This document shows positions 33,162 through 44,430 of a DNA stretch of 64,000 bases, piece by piece. Every line of letters starts with the position of its first letter. Position 1 is the stretch's first letter. This DNA is from Alloascoidea hylecoeti (lineage: Eukaryota): positions 496,001 to 560,000 of the forward strand of contig BCKZ01000007.1 in the NCBI GenBank assembly GCA_001600815.1, in the 5' to 3' direction. A program made the position numbers and the translations under genes. The notes beneath the pieces were generated by a model. The model searched no databases and was not told the DNA's origin. It saw only the letters and a list, made by a program, of their open reading frames with translations.

Positions 33162-34099
33162 GATACAAAATGATAAAATGACTGTTATAATCAATTAGTG
33201 ATTTATTCAATTGAAAATATAATTACAAAAATAGTGCGCATCAAGCATTTATATATGATGATTCGGTTCACATAATTTTTCCCCATTTTTAACAATTGAG
33301 ACAATTTAACCTATTCATGTCCTACATTCGCGGCTATCGAAACTGTCAAAGATTGCAATTTGATATAATAGCATTAGTGATATTCTGCATAATGCGTGGT
33401 ATCTAAACTTAAATAAACAACGCGTCAAAAAGAAAAAAAAAAATTCATCTTCTACTCCATCACAAATGTTTTGTTTTGAAAATTTCAAATATACTTATTA
33501 TATCTATCAGCGAATCAAATCGTCGTCAGTTATATTATCTTGATTATAACGTTAAAAGTTAGAAAGAAGTGACGAGATGATCAAGACATCTCTGTCTTCT
33601 TCAGATTAGGCGCCTAGCTATATACCGAGTTGCCAACTGATATTATTTGTTACTATTCACAAACGCTTATGCATATCCAGGTATCATACTACGCAGCGAT
33701 AACTGAGAACGCAACATAAAAAAGAAACTCAGCTAATTATAAACCTAAATCTATAAACAATAGAATAACCTATTTATCATATTAAAGTGATATATATCAA
33801 TGTGTATGGAGAAAAATCTTTATTTTGTGTTGAATTCTATAGGTACAAAAAAAAGCATTACAAACTCATACTTAATACTCAATTATCATTCAAATACCAC
33901 TTTTATAATTATACTATTTCAAACTAAAGTTCACTATTTATATTAGAACGGCGAGCAGCAGATGTACCACGTGCACATCATAATTATAATATTAATAATG
34001 ATACACAAACTAAAACATGATGGTTGAACCCTATCTACGCTACTTCATCGATATAAGTATACTAGAGCCATACAAAAATCTCAATCCACACTAGAAAAC

Positions 34100-34241
34100 T
34101 TGAATAAATCTTCCTAGTTAATGCAGGTGCGGATGGGGGATTGCCAAGATTACACTTATTCTTAACTTTGAATAAATCTTCTTAGTTAATGCAGGTGCGG
34201 ATGGGGGGGATTGCCAAGATTACACTTATTCTTAACTTTGA
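34100..34241. repeat. Near-perfect tandem duplication of ~69 bp
   Basis: TTGAATAAATCTTC(C/T)TAGTTAATGCAGGTGCGGATG(n)ATTGCCAAGATTACACTTATTCTTAACT twice; differs by one substitution and G-run length. Confidence 0.9.
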
Positions 34242-35816
34242 TAAAACTGTGGAATAGTGAATAATGAGGGAAATATATATGTCCATAGTATTCCACCTGC
34301 TGAACAACCTCAAAGACTTCTAAATTCCATAAAATAAAAAACCAGTTAGATTCTTCTGTGTCTCACCTGCGATGATTATATATCTTTTATGGTACACAAA
34401 TTAAGACAATAAATATTTCCCTTAAATTTAAGAAACATTAATTTCTGTGTTTCTTATTATGTATATGCAGATGCACACATGCTCGCCATTGGTATGGTTC
34501 ATAGCGCTAAACTCATAATCTAAGAAAAAAAATCCTTAATTGGATTTGTAATGAAAAGTCTGTTTAATACAAATTCAAGGTCAAGCTAATTATAGAATCA
34601 TTAATATATTTTGATTAATAGCCATGAAAATAAATTACTATAATAGGTAATTATAATTATAAATTCTTTTTGGAATTAAGTTTAAGTTCTTAATTGAACT
34701 TTACTGCATATAGCCTACAATAGCTATAAATCTAAGATTCTACTAGATTTAGTAAATTATCCACATATGATATAACATTAAATTTCAAATTGAAAAATAA
34801 ATATACACGGCTAATATCCTGCGTAGCTATACAGCCTTATCGAACTTAAATTTGTAACAAACAGCTTAAAGGTAATTATAATGTCTGACATTAAAATTAG
34901 CCATTAAGCTTCTGGTTATAATAAAGTTATTCAAAAATGGTGTTTCAATTATAACTTCGTCAGATATATTGGATATATCTATAATTATGACAAATGTCGC
35001 AGAGTAGATACAAATCAGAAAGGATCAAACAGATGAGATTCTAGAAATAAATAACCAGCTATTTCACACGATGAAATAGTATCTAATAAATGATTGGATC
35101 CTTCTTCTTGAGAAAACCATATTTCATTGATTTAGAGTTAAACAACCGCCAAGTCCTTCTAGACTTCACGGAGTATAACTTATGCATTGGAATTGGTTTA
35201 TCACCTCCAGATTTCTGTTAAACGTTACTAACTTACTGTAATATGTATCCATATTAGCTTCTGTAGTTAACGTTGTATTTGGATGTTTGAAAAATTCACC
35301 CTAAATTAGCAAGTGCGAATTATTCATCTTGAGAGTTCTACTAGGTAACTTTTTTAGCCCAATATCTGCGATTGTTTCGTCTAATATACCCGAAGATTTA
35401 ATTTTTATTGCTGTAAAAAACATATGCATGAAACAGTCCTTGGGAAATTATTTCAAATTTTGAAATAGGCGGCACTTTAATTGTATTGCTTTCCACCTTA
35501 ATAATTTCATGTTGGTTACTAACTTATTAGTTCTGTCTAATTCCTTTGAATCTATTATATTCATATGTTCAATTACCGTGATTGCTTGTTCATGCATACG
35601 AATAAAAAAGAATATAATTCGTCATCCATGATAAATATCCTATAATATCAGAAATCCCTAAATTAATGTCATTATTATTAGCATTCAATTTTTATGAAAA
35701 TGTTTATTAAAATATAAAGGCTATAAACTTATATATTCTCCGCATTCATGTATAGTTATATGTCATTATATGTTATAGATTCGTATATGTGGGATATTAT
35801 AGATTCTTTGTAAAGG

Positions 35817-36225
35817 ATCGATGAAGATAACATAGAATTGTTGTTCAAATGGCTGTGACTTATAAATACAAGTCATCCAATATTTACAATACAGATGGGA
35901 CTGGTTATAATTTTAGGGAGAAAGATGTTGGTTACAGTGAAATATCCGCCTATTCTTCAGTTGATCCCTATGGTAGGTCAAAGTTCATGATCCAAAGCAA
36001 GAGGAAGAGAAGAATAAATGGTTTGTTGCGTGCTCAAATAGGGGATGCAAATCATCTTCCTTAATAAACACATGAATGAATGAAGAAGTGCTTTCCTCTA
36101 AAAGAAAAAATACACTTCTTATGTAAATATTGAATTCATAGATATTTGTAAGAAATGTATGAATCGGCACATATGATAAACTTTTTCATTCGCATACATA
36201 TACTTATAGGCCCAGCTATAAGTCA
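35817..36225 (+). mobile_element. Degenerate pogo/Fot1-like (DDE_1) transposase relic
   Basis: NIYNTDGTG (cf. IYNxDETG), T*MNEEV (cf. GWMxxE), EFIDICK, LFHSHTYTYRP (cf. LPxHTTHxLQP) in order, with frameshifts. Confidence 0.6.
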
Positions 36226-37983
36226 GAGGTGTCACAAGTTGATGTTTCTTGCTTAACGATAATCGTTGTAATCGCTCCTTGTGTTACAGAAAGATCCGTA
36301 AAATTTAAAGAGATGATATATGATTAAAGAAATAAAATCAATTTCAAGGACAAAAAAGCCCATCAGTGCAGCTACAAGAGTTGCTATAAAAGAGCGCCCG
36401 AAGAAGTAATTCATTATATTACCAGCTGGTTCTCCACTTGGAGATCTGTAAAAAATACTAAAAATATACATGTATAGCCTATATTTTTTTGATTTTTATC
36501 TGATCAAATATTAATTAATGTTTAGAAAATTTTGATATGCATGTAATATGTATTGATTTTCTTTAATTCCAGAACCCAGTATACGAGGGAACCTACATTC
36601 ACTCACTCTATAACTTATGCATATGACTAATATATAATAATAATGTGGAAGGTTATTAGTAAATAAAAATTAAAATTTGAGTAATAACTTAGCTAATAAG
36701 TATGGATCGGGAAATTGATGCAGTTCCGAAATCTAAAACTGTGTTCACTATTCATAATGGTGGTCCATTCTCCTCTGGTTGAGATTGCAAACTTAAGAAG
36801 GAATCGAAAGCCCCATGACCAATTATAATATTTTGAAGGCTTAGACCAATATTTATTCGGGGTTTTCTATATGGTGCCGCACAATGTGCATTGCGCATCT
36901 CTAAAAACGACCAACGTTAAGAAACAACAATTTAACACAACACCAAAATACTAAAATGACAGAAAGTAGCTATAGATGAATGGGAAATAACAAGCTTAAA
37001 TCTCATCATTTTAATTTTTACACTATCGAATTTTTTGTCCCTATTTCTTAACCAGATCGATTTCGCAGGTCATACATGACTGTCTGTGTATTTCTGCATA
37101 CAATTATGTGAATAACATGCATGAAGTTTCTTAACTTACCTTATACAAATGAATATATTGATATGTATACTGTTATATTTCCTTATAGCGTAATCAGTCG
37201 CATGACTATTCATGAAGATTTCGTGGTGTCATTATACGCGATGTACCATGGCTATTATTGTATTAAACCAGAAGAGGTGGAAAAACTTTATACGTATATT
37301 TTCGATTTTTGTAAAATAAATTCATTCCTTTAGTTAGCCTATTATCTAGTTGTTCCATTTATGTGAATTTCAATTTAGTTTAATTTTATAAATACCTGTA
37401 TATCCTTCTATATTGCGTAGTTGAATTTTCTCCTAGCGCGTTAAATTTTCTATAATTTCCATATGGACGAATCAATTTGTTAGCATATACAGGTATAAGG
37501 ACTGTTAAGGAGGATTCAGTGGGTAATTCCTTATTTGCCCAAAATTGGGTTTCCCTTCTATTAACAGATCAGGAACAACAACAGAAAAAAGGTGTAAATA
37601 AAGTCATTAAAAATTGCGAGATATGTCTTAAGCTTCGGATGCAAGTTATTATAATAGTAAATTTCAGTAATAATACCCATTTTCCCGAATGAAACCAAAA
37701 TTATACATGTATTATCCTGATGTAAACAGCCGTGCACTTATATACGGAAATTGCAACTATGTAAGGATATATATGCATTGGATATGTGTGTAACGTATTC
37801 CGAATTCGAAGGTATGGTAATTTGGAACAATGTGTTGCTTTTACAGAGGAGCGTTATGTAATATTCTAATATTTCATGTCATAAAGCTTAGCATCTACCC
37901 AATTGGAGGTCTACGCATTTTATGTGATCGCGTTACAACGATGTGAAGAGATTAATTTGATTATCTTTTCAAGGAACTGATTG

Positions 37984-37992
37984 ATCAGATAA
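37984..37992 (+). promoter_or_regulatory. Iron-repressor GATA site ATCAGATAA (SreA/Sfu1/Fep1-type consensus ATCWGATAA)
   Basis: Exact consensus ~300 bp upstream of a siderophore transporter ATG. Confidence 0.55.
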
Positions 37993-38290
37993 TTGGTAAA
38001 AAAATAATCATCATGGATAAACCCTTTTTAATTACATTAATCACTAATCACTCGATTTCCGGTACCGGTATATATGATGCTTACAATTACACCTAGACAC
38101 TCATCAATATTAATTTACATATTATATAGATTTAGATTTAGAAAATGTTTTCTTTCCTAACTTTACAAATAATGGAAAAATTATATATATATACGCCATT
38201 TGCTGTTTTTCTTTTATGTGTTTCTTTATCGATATCGTTTGTCAAAATTAATTAACTTTCCCTTGCAAGGTAGGATTCGAAGTATTCAGA

Positions 38291-40075
38291 ATGACTTCCA
38301 AAGTTAACGAATCGCCCTCCGAAAAAAATGTTGGTAGTCCAGATCTTGAAAATATTCATGATCAAGAGTCAGACACGTTGATAGTGAAAAAATCACTTGG
38401 GGTGAGGAAAATTGAAATTATTTCTAAACAATATGGTATGATTGGGAAAGTTATCACTTACTTCACAATATTCATCATTGGATACTGTTATAGTCTGGAT
38501 AGTAATACGAGATATGTTTATACAGCTGTTGCAACAAGTTCTTATAGTGAACATTCTCTTCTTTCAACTGTTAATGTTATTCTAGCTGTTATTGCGGCTG
38601 CATCTCAACCCGTTATTGCAAGACTTTCTGATGTTTTTGGAAGATTGGAACTTTATTTGATATCTGTTATGTTTTTCGTTATTGGTACAATTCTTGAATC
38701 ACAATCACAAACTATTCAAAGATACGCAGGTGGTGCCGTTCTCTACGAGGTTGGTTATTGTGGTATTGTTTTGATGCTACAAATTCTAATTGCTGATCTT
38801 TCGTTCTTAAACTGGAGATTATTTTGCTCAATCATTCCATCATTACCATTTATTTTAAATACTTGGATATCTGGTAATGTCACAAGTGCTATGGGTACCC
38901 ATTGGTCATGGGGTGTTGGTATGTGGGCTATTATTCTTCCAGTAGTTTCTATCCCATTAGTTGTCATGTTATTAGATATGAAGAGAAGAGCTAAAAATAC
39001 ACCGGAATGGGAAGAACTTAAAGATGAGAAAAATGATTTTCAAAGGTTGGGTTGGAAAGATTTTTTCATTCATTTGTTCTGGATGCTAGATGTTATCGGT
39101 ATTTTTCTTCTAGTAGCAAGTTTAATTTTATTATTAGTTCCATTTACAATAGCTGGAGGTGTTAAAACTGAATGGCAAAAGGCAAAAATTATTGCTCCTA
39201 TTGTTATTGGTGCTTTACTTGTCCCAGTTTTCTTGGTTTGGGAAGGTCGTACGGAAAATCCAATTGCTCCATTACATTTATTAAAAGATCGTGGTATTTG
39301 GGCCGCTTTGAATATTAGTTTTTTGATCGATTTTATATTTGAAATTCAAGCAAGTTATCTATACACTGTTCTGATAATCGCTGTGAATGAATCTGTTAAA
39401 TCGGCAACACGTATTTCAACACTAGCGTCATTTGTTTCTTGTGTTGTATGTTTCTTCTTAGGTCTTATTGTGGTTAAATTTAGAAGACTTAAGGTGCTCA
39501 TATGTTTTGGAACGTCATTATGGATGGTATCAATGGGTATGCTTGTTCATTTTAGAGGTGGTGAAAGTTCACATGCAGGTATCATTGGATCTTTAATTGT
39601 TATGGGTTTTGGCACAGCTTTTTTCACAATGCCTACACAAACTACTTTACAATCATGTGTTGGTCATGAATACACAGCGATTGTTACTTCTTTAAATTAT
39701 ACTGTTTATCGTGTTGGTGCCGCTGTTGGCTCTGCAATTGCAGGAGCAATTTGGTCTCAACTCCTACCAAAGAAAATTCAAAAGTACCTTGGTTCAGACT
39801 TAGAAGCATCTGCCTATGGCGCACCTTTCGAATTCATTCTAACTTATACTTGGGATACACCCGAACGTCAAAAGCTAGTTCTGGCTTATCAAGAAATTGA
39901 GAAGATATTAATGATTGTTGCTTTGGTATTTTGTGTTCCGTTAGTTGCTTCTGCATTTGCTCTTCGTGATAGAAAACTAGGAGAATTCCAAAGCTACGAA
40001 AACGATAAGAAAGCGGGGTACGAACATGAGACCGAAAAGGCTGAAACTTGGAAAGATTGGTTTAAATTTAAATGA
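38291..40075 (+). CDS. Siderophore-iron MFS transporter (ARN/SIT family)
   Basis: LGVRKIE, ATSSYSEHSLLSTVNVI, ARLSDVFGR, NTWISGN, GSAIAGAIWSQ, ERQKLVLAY; ~14 hydrophobic segments. Confidence 0.92.
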   Translation: MTSKVNESPSEKNVGSPDLENIHDQESDTLIVKKSLGVRKIEIISKQYGMIGKVITYFTIFIIGYCYSLDSNTRYVYTAVATSSYSEHSLLSTVNVILAVIAAASQPVIARLSDVFGRLELYLISVMFFVIGTILESQSQTIQRYAGGAVLYEVGYCGIVLMLQILIADLSFLNWRLFCSIIPSLPFILNTWISGNVTSAMGTHWSWGVGMWAIILPVVSIPLVVMLLDMKRRAKNTPEWEELKDEKNDFQRLGWKDFFIHLFWMLDVIGIFLLVASLILLLVPFTIAGGVKTEWQKAKIIAPIVIGALLVPVFLVWEGRTENPIAPLHLLKDRGIWAALNISFLIDFIFEIQASYLYTVLIIAVNESVKSATRISTLASFVSCVVCFFLGLIVVKFRRLKVLICFGTSLWMVSMGMLVHFRGGESSHAGIIGSLIVMGFGTAFFTMPTQTTLQSCVGHEYTAIVTSLNYTVYRVGAAVGSAIAGAIWSQLLPKKIQKYLGSDLEASAYGAPFEFILTYTWDTPERQKLVLAYQEIEKILMIVALVFCVPLVASAFALRDRKLGEFQSYENDKKAGYEHETEKAETWKDWFKFK

Positions 40076-40332
40076 GTACTTTATATAATGTTTTTATCTC
40101 TTCAAGGAAAATTTAATGTAATCCTAATATTCTGTTGCTTAATTTAGTCAATTCTTTTTTTATTTTTGAAATAGTATAAATTCAATAGTCTTATGGGTTT
40201 TAAAGTTAATTATACGATCGACCAGTATAAAGTTCAGGTTCTAATTTAATGTGTGTGTGCTACAATATACGCATATGTGCTGAATATTACTTAAAATTAT
40301 AAACCCAAATGTTCAATCTGTCGTTCAAGTAG

Positions 40333-42147
40333 ATGCTGGCGAGAAATATACCTCGACAAGCTAAGAATTTAGCAGTATTTCAAAATACACCGTTGTGTCT
40401 TCTCAGAATCTCTATTTCAAGATCTGAGGCCTCAAATTACCGTTCAATACATTTGATCAGTCTTCTTTCAAATTTAATAAAAAGAAATTATTCAATTTCA
40501 AACACGGTTATCACATCAGATTTTAAAAAAGAACAAATCTTAAATAAACAAAAAGAAGATGGATCCAATAATTCATATCTTCAATTAATGAATAATGTAG
40601 TTAATCTTTTGGAAAGCAACAAAATTATTCAAGATGATGAAATTCCAAAGGTTGTTAATTTAATATGGAAAACTTTTCAAAAACAATCAGCAAAACAAAA
40701 GAGAATGCCAAAAGTTTTTAATTGTTATTATTCAGATTTTAAATCTTTTGAAAATTCGATAGTTGACTTTGTTATGCCACTAATTGATCGTATTACGTTG
40801 AATGAAGTATCGGTCACAAATGTAATATATTTTAAATTACTTCAGGTATTATCATATTGTAATGAAGATCTTAAAATTATGACAATTTTTGAAAACCATA
40901 TTACAAAAAATTCTCAATTGAAAACTGATCCAAATATTGTTGGTTTCTATTTATTGGAATTAGCAAAAGACGAGCAAACTACTATATCAACACTCCATCG
41001 TCTTTATAATGGAGCTAACAAAACAGCATTTATAAAATACTGCTTATTGTCCGCTTATATTACTATTGGAGAAGAAGTTGAAGCCGTGAAGTTTTTCATG
41101 TCCGGTAAGTTGGATTCAAAAGGAATAACCAATGGAGTTTATGACCAAGATTACAGGGAAATGGGATTAAATGATATATTTACAAAAATTGGGGATTACA
41201 AATTGTTACTCCCTATATTTCATGAACATATTATTTCTCAGGATCAAATATTTGGTTTATCATTAAAACCAAGTAATATGGGGAAGTTCTTAAGAAATAT
41301 AAACGAAAATTCAAACAGTGGTCTAGATAATGATAAGAAATTCCAACTTATAACGGATTTATTTCTGAAATACTTAGAAGCTTATTTAAGAGATACATTA
41401 AATCCTATTAAAATAAATGAATCTTTACACTTGATAATGTCAACATCTTTTAAAAATTCTTACCTTAACGTCATTTATGAATGCTTTTTTCACTGTTATC
41501 CTAAGAAGGAAAAGAATGATGAACTTGCATTATTGAAGTTATTCTCAGTTTTTGAAACAATCAAGAATGGTTTGGGTGGTCATATAATAGCATCATATAT
41601 GGTTCCTTCATTTTTCAGTAATAAGTGGGAAGATGAAGCAATTTACCAAAAATTGGTTAGTTTTTGTATCAAATTTCAATTGGAAACATCAACACCATAT
41701 TATTATAGTTGTGTTTTAAAACACTATAAAAATATAAAAGAAAATGATTTAGATATGATCTCACAATTAATTGATGAATATGCAAAAAGTTATAAGTATT
41801 ATTATTCAGAAGGTGTATATAAAAAATATAAATTTTTACCATCTGAATTTTATGAAAATGTTTGTGGGATTTTATTATGTCATGTTAATTTAAATAATAA
41901 TCCTGAAAGATTAGAATTGTTTTTAAAAGTTTTTAAAAAATATATTGTTTATGGTGGTAATCTTAAAAATTTATTTAAAGCAACAACTTATATAAATAAT
42001 TTTGGTCCAAACTATATGTTCAAGTACTTGAATAAGAAATATTTTTCTCAAATACATGAAGAATCACTACCATTAAAGGAATTAGAACCGAACGACGATT
42101 TATTAAATCGGTATTTAACCATGTTTCAAAATATGAAGCATAAATAA
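40333..42147 (+). CDS. Mitochondrial helical-repeat (PPR-like) protein, divergent Rmd9-like
   Basis: Arg/Ser-rich presequence; segments DPNIVG, KFLRNI, SYLNVIYECFFHCY, KWEDEAI recall Rmd9 (from memory, unverified). Confidence 0.55.
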   Translation: MLARNIPRQAKNLAVFQNTPLCLLRISISRSEASNYRSIHLISLLSNLIKRNYSISNTVITSDFKKEQILNKQKEDGSNNSYLQLMNNVVNLLESNKIIQDDEIPKVVNLIWKTFQKQSAKQKRMPKVFNCYYSDFKSFENSIVDFVMPLIDRITLNEVSVTNVIYFKLLQVLSYCNEDLKIMTIFENHITKNSQLKTDPNIVGFYLLELAKDEQTTISTLHRLYNGANKTAFIKYCLLSAYITIGEEVEAVKFFMSGKLDSKGITNGVYDQDYREMGLNDIFTKIGDYKLLLPIFHEHIISQDQIFGLSLKPSNMGKFLRNINENSNSGLDNDKKFQLITDLFLKYLEAYLRDTLNPIKINESLHLIMSTSFKNSYLNVIYECFFHCYPKKEKNDELALLKLFSVFETIKNGLGGHIIASYMVPSFFSNKWEDEAIYQKLVSFCIKFQLETSTPYYYSCVLKHYKNIKENDLDMISQLIDEYAKSYKYYYSEGVYKKYKFLPSEFYENVCGILLCHVNLNNNPERLELFLKVFKKYIVYGGNLKNLFKATTYINNFGPNYMFKYLNKKYFSQIHEESLPLKELEPNDDLLNRYLTMFQNMKHK

Positions 42148-42487
42148 TCCAAACCAAAGAAGCGTATATTGGTTCTTTTAATCAATATTAACTTGTAGGG
42201 AGTTTATTGTATTTTAACTGAGTGATCAGCTGGACCTAATTCTGGTATAAATTGTAAATAGGAACTAATAACAATATTATATATTTAGTTGCGTCTTCTG
42301 GAAAAGTGTTTTATTTTTTATCATTTTATCATAAGTTATACTGAATACTATAATGAGGCTCAAAGTTTATAATTTAAAAAGCAGCTTTCGCCATTTGGTT
42401 GAATCCGTTGACAATTCAATAAAACAGAAACGTCAATGTTTCGGATTTGCCATATGAATAGAGATAAAAGAATAATATAAAAATAAA

Positions 42488-42574
42488 CTCCCACACAGGG
42501 GCTCGAACCCTGGACATTTCGGTCGACTTCTAGGTCATAAAAGCCGAACGCTCTACCAACTGAGCTATGCGGGA
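42488..42574 (-). tRNA. tRNA-Lys(UUU) with 14-nt intron (42524-42537)
   Basis: TCCCGCA/TGTGGGA acceptor stem, TAGCTCAGTTGGTAGAGC D-arm, TTCGG-CTTTTA^A-CCGAA anticodon arm, GGTTCGAGCCC. Confidence 0.95.
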
Positions 42575-42668
42575 AATTCGAAGGTTTGGGAATATAGAAT
42601 CAATTTTGTTAAAACATTTAATATGGCACAATTAGGCACTAGAGCTAAGAAAAATATTAAATGTGATT

Positions 42669-42846
42669 GATTGGGGGATTCTAATATCTAAAAGCTTGAA
42701 AAAGTAAAAAAAATCTAAAAAAAAAAAAAAAAATTACTTTTAAGGTGGTCATAAGAGAAGAAAGAAGAGTGTCAAGAATACACAAAAATAAGAAGAAAAG
42801 AAAAAGATGGAAAAACTATAAAAAAAGAGGTTCTATACTCTTGGAG
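42669..42846. repeat. tRNA-upstream dispersed element, copy B (possible LTR remnant)
   Basis: Colinear similarity to 21930-22180. Confidence 0.75.
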
Positions 42847-43159
42847 TGATTTTTTCTAATAGTTTCTAGCTAGAAGGTTTAAAATATTTAGATAATGTAA
42901 AGTTAAAAATAAAAATTATTAAAAGTTCTTCCGTTTCTTTTAATTTATTGTTTACTTCTTACACAATTGCAAAACAAAAACAATCAATCACCACGTAATA
43001 ATCAGTTGTGATTATAATTGGAATACTCTATCGATATAACTATTTTATTTACTGAAGCTACTTAATTATCACATACGCCACGTATATTTTTTAGAAAAAG
43101 TAATATTTTGTGATCATAATATTTAAGGAATATCCATCAAAAATCAAAAATATATTATA

Positions 43160-44131
43160 ATGAGTATTTCAAATAATCTTATGACTAAATGTCCTCTTGG
43201 AGATGAATTTACTGAGACAGGCAGTTCTAAAAAGGAAAGCGCTGAACATGAAGATACCACGGTACCATATAAAAAGTTTTACACAACCTCAATGGCATAT
43301 TATAAATTATATGGATTACGTTTAAAAGTCTTGAATGGTTCAAGACAATACGTTTTTACCGGAATACCTATTGAGTTTGAAGCGCATGTAAATAATGTTA
43401 TTAAATTAATGGATCCCGAAGAGGATACTCGACTTTTTCAATTTATTACACCTAAAAAAAATAATGATAGGCAAATATGTGTGAGAAAGCATCCAAATAT
43501 ATTTAAATCTAAGAGAATTCGAAGTCACTTTACATCTAAACTTGCGATATCAATTGTTGAACATGAAATTTCCGAAGAGGGCCTTATTCATAAATCATAT
43601 CCATCTTTTAAATTTACATTCGATTCTTTTTGGAGAAAGGAACATATCCCACTTGCTCTTCAGGCTATAGAGACATCTATAGCTGATGAATTTAAATTTA
43701 CACCGGTTGAAGGTGGTACAATTATGCGTTACACATCTATACCAGATTTTGATACCAAGAGAAGTTCAACCTCTTTTACCTTGTTTCATGATCCTATTCC
43801 TAAAGATACAGAAAATACCACCGACAATTCTAATATCAATCCTACTCAAAATACCGTTAGCGATAACAGTCAGAAAGAGGGCAACTGGAATCTTAAGAAA
43901 CAGAAAACGGTATTAAAGAATCTAATTAAGTTTGCTGAGAATCAGGGACCACGGTGTGATACATTACTGGACTTAAATAGTAAAACAATTGATATACAAA
44001 CGGCATCAAGTAATTTCCATATCAATGATGAACATTTAAATTTAGACTGTTCCCGCTCTTCTAGTAGAGCAACATTTTCAGAGATCTATCATTCAGTTTC
44101 GAATTCATTGACGTTAAGAACCAAATCATAA
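43160..44131 (+). CDS. Hypothetical protein (323 aa), no recognised motif
   Basis: Long ATG-initiated ORF in AT-rich DNA. Confidence 0.65.
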   Translation: MSISNNLMTKCPLGDEFTETGSSKKESAEHEDTTVPYKKFYTTSMAYYKLYGLRLKVLNGSRQYVFTGIPIEFEAHVNNVIKLMDPEEDTRLFQFITPKKNNDRQICVRKHPNIFKSKRIRSHFTSKLAISIVEHEISEEGLIHKSYPSFKFTFDSFWRKEHIPLALQAIETSIADEFKFTPVEGGTIMRYTSIPDFDTKRSSTSFTLFHDPIPKDTENTTDNSNINPTQNTVSDNSQKEGNWNLKKQKTVLKNLIKFAENQGPRCDTLLDLNSKTIDIQTASSNFHINDEHLNLDCSRSSSRATFSEIYHSVSNSLTLRTKS

Positions 44132-44430
44132 AACTATATTAGTGGAGTTTCAACAACGGTATAAGGGACATTTATTAGGTTGAAAGGGACATTACAATAA
44201 GCTTAGCGATCATATATTTTCTATAAACTACTATCTAAGTAATTAAAAACCCCAGGTCCGACTCTATTTTAAGTTATTTCGTCTATGTATGTTTCCCCTC
44301 TAATAAAAAGTCCAGCTAGGTTTATAAACCTTACAATTAAAATTATATAAATATGAATATTTTCAAAGTGTATATAATATAAGAGTAATTTCCAAATTTT
44401 TTAAAATTAGGTTTTAATAATTAATATTGG

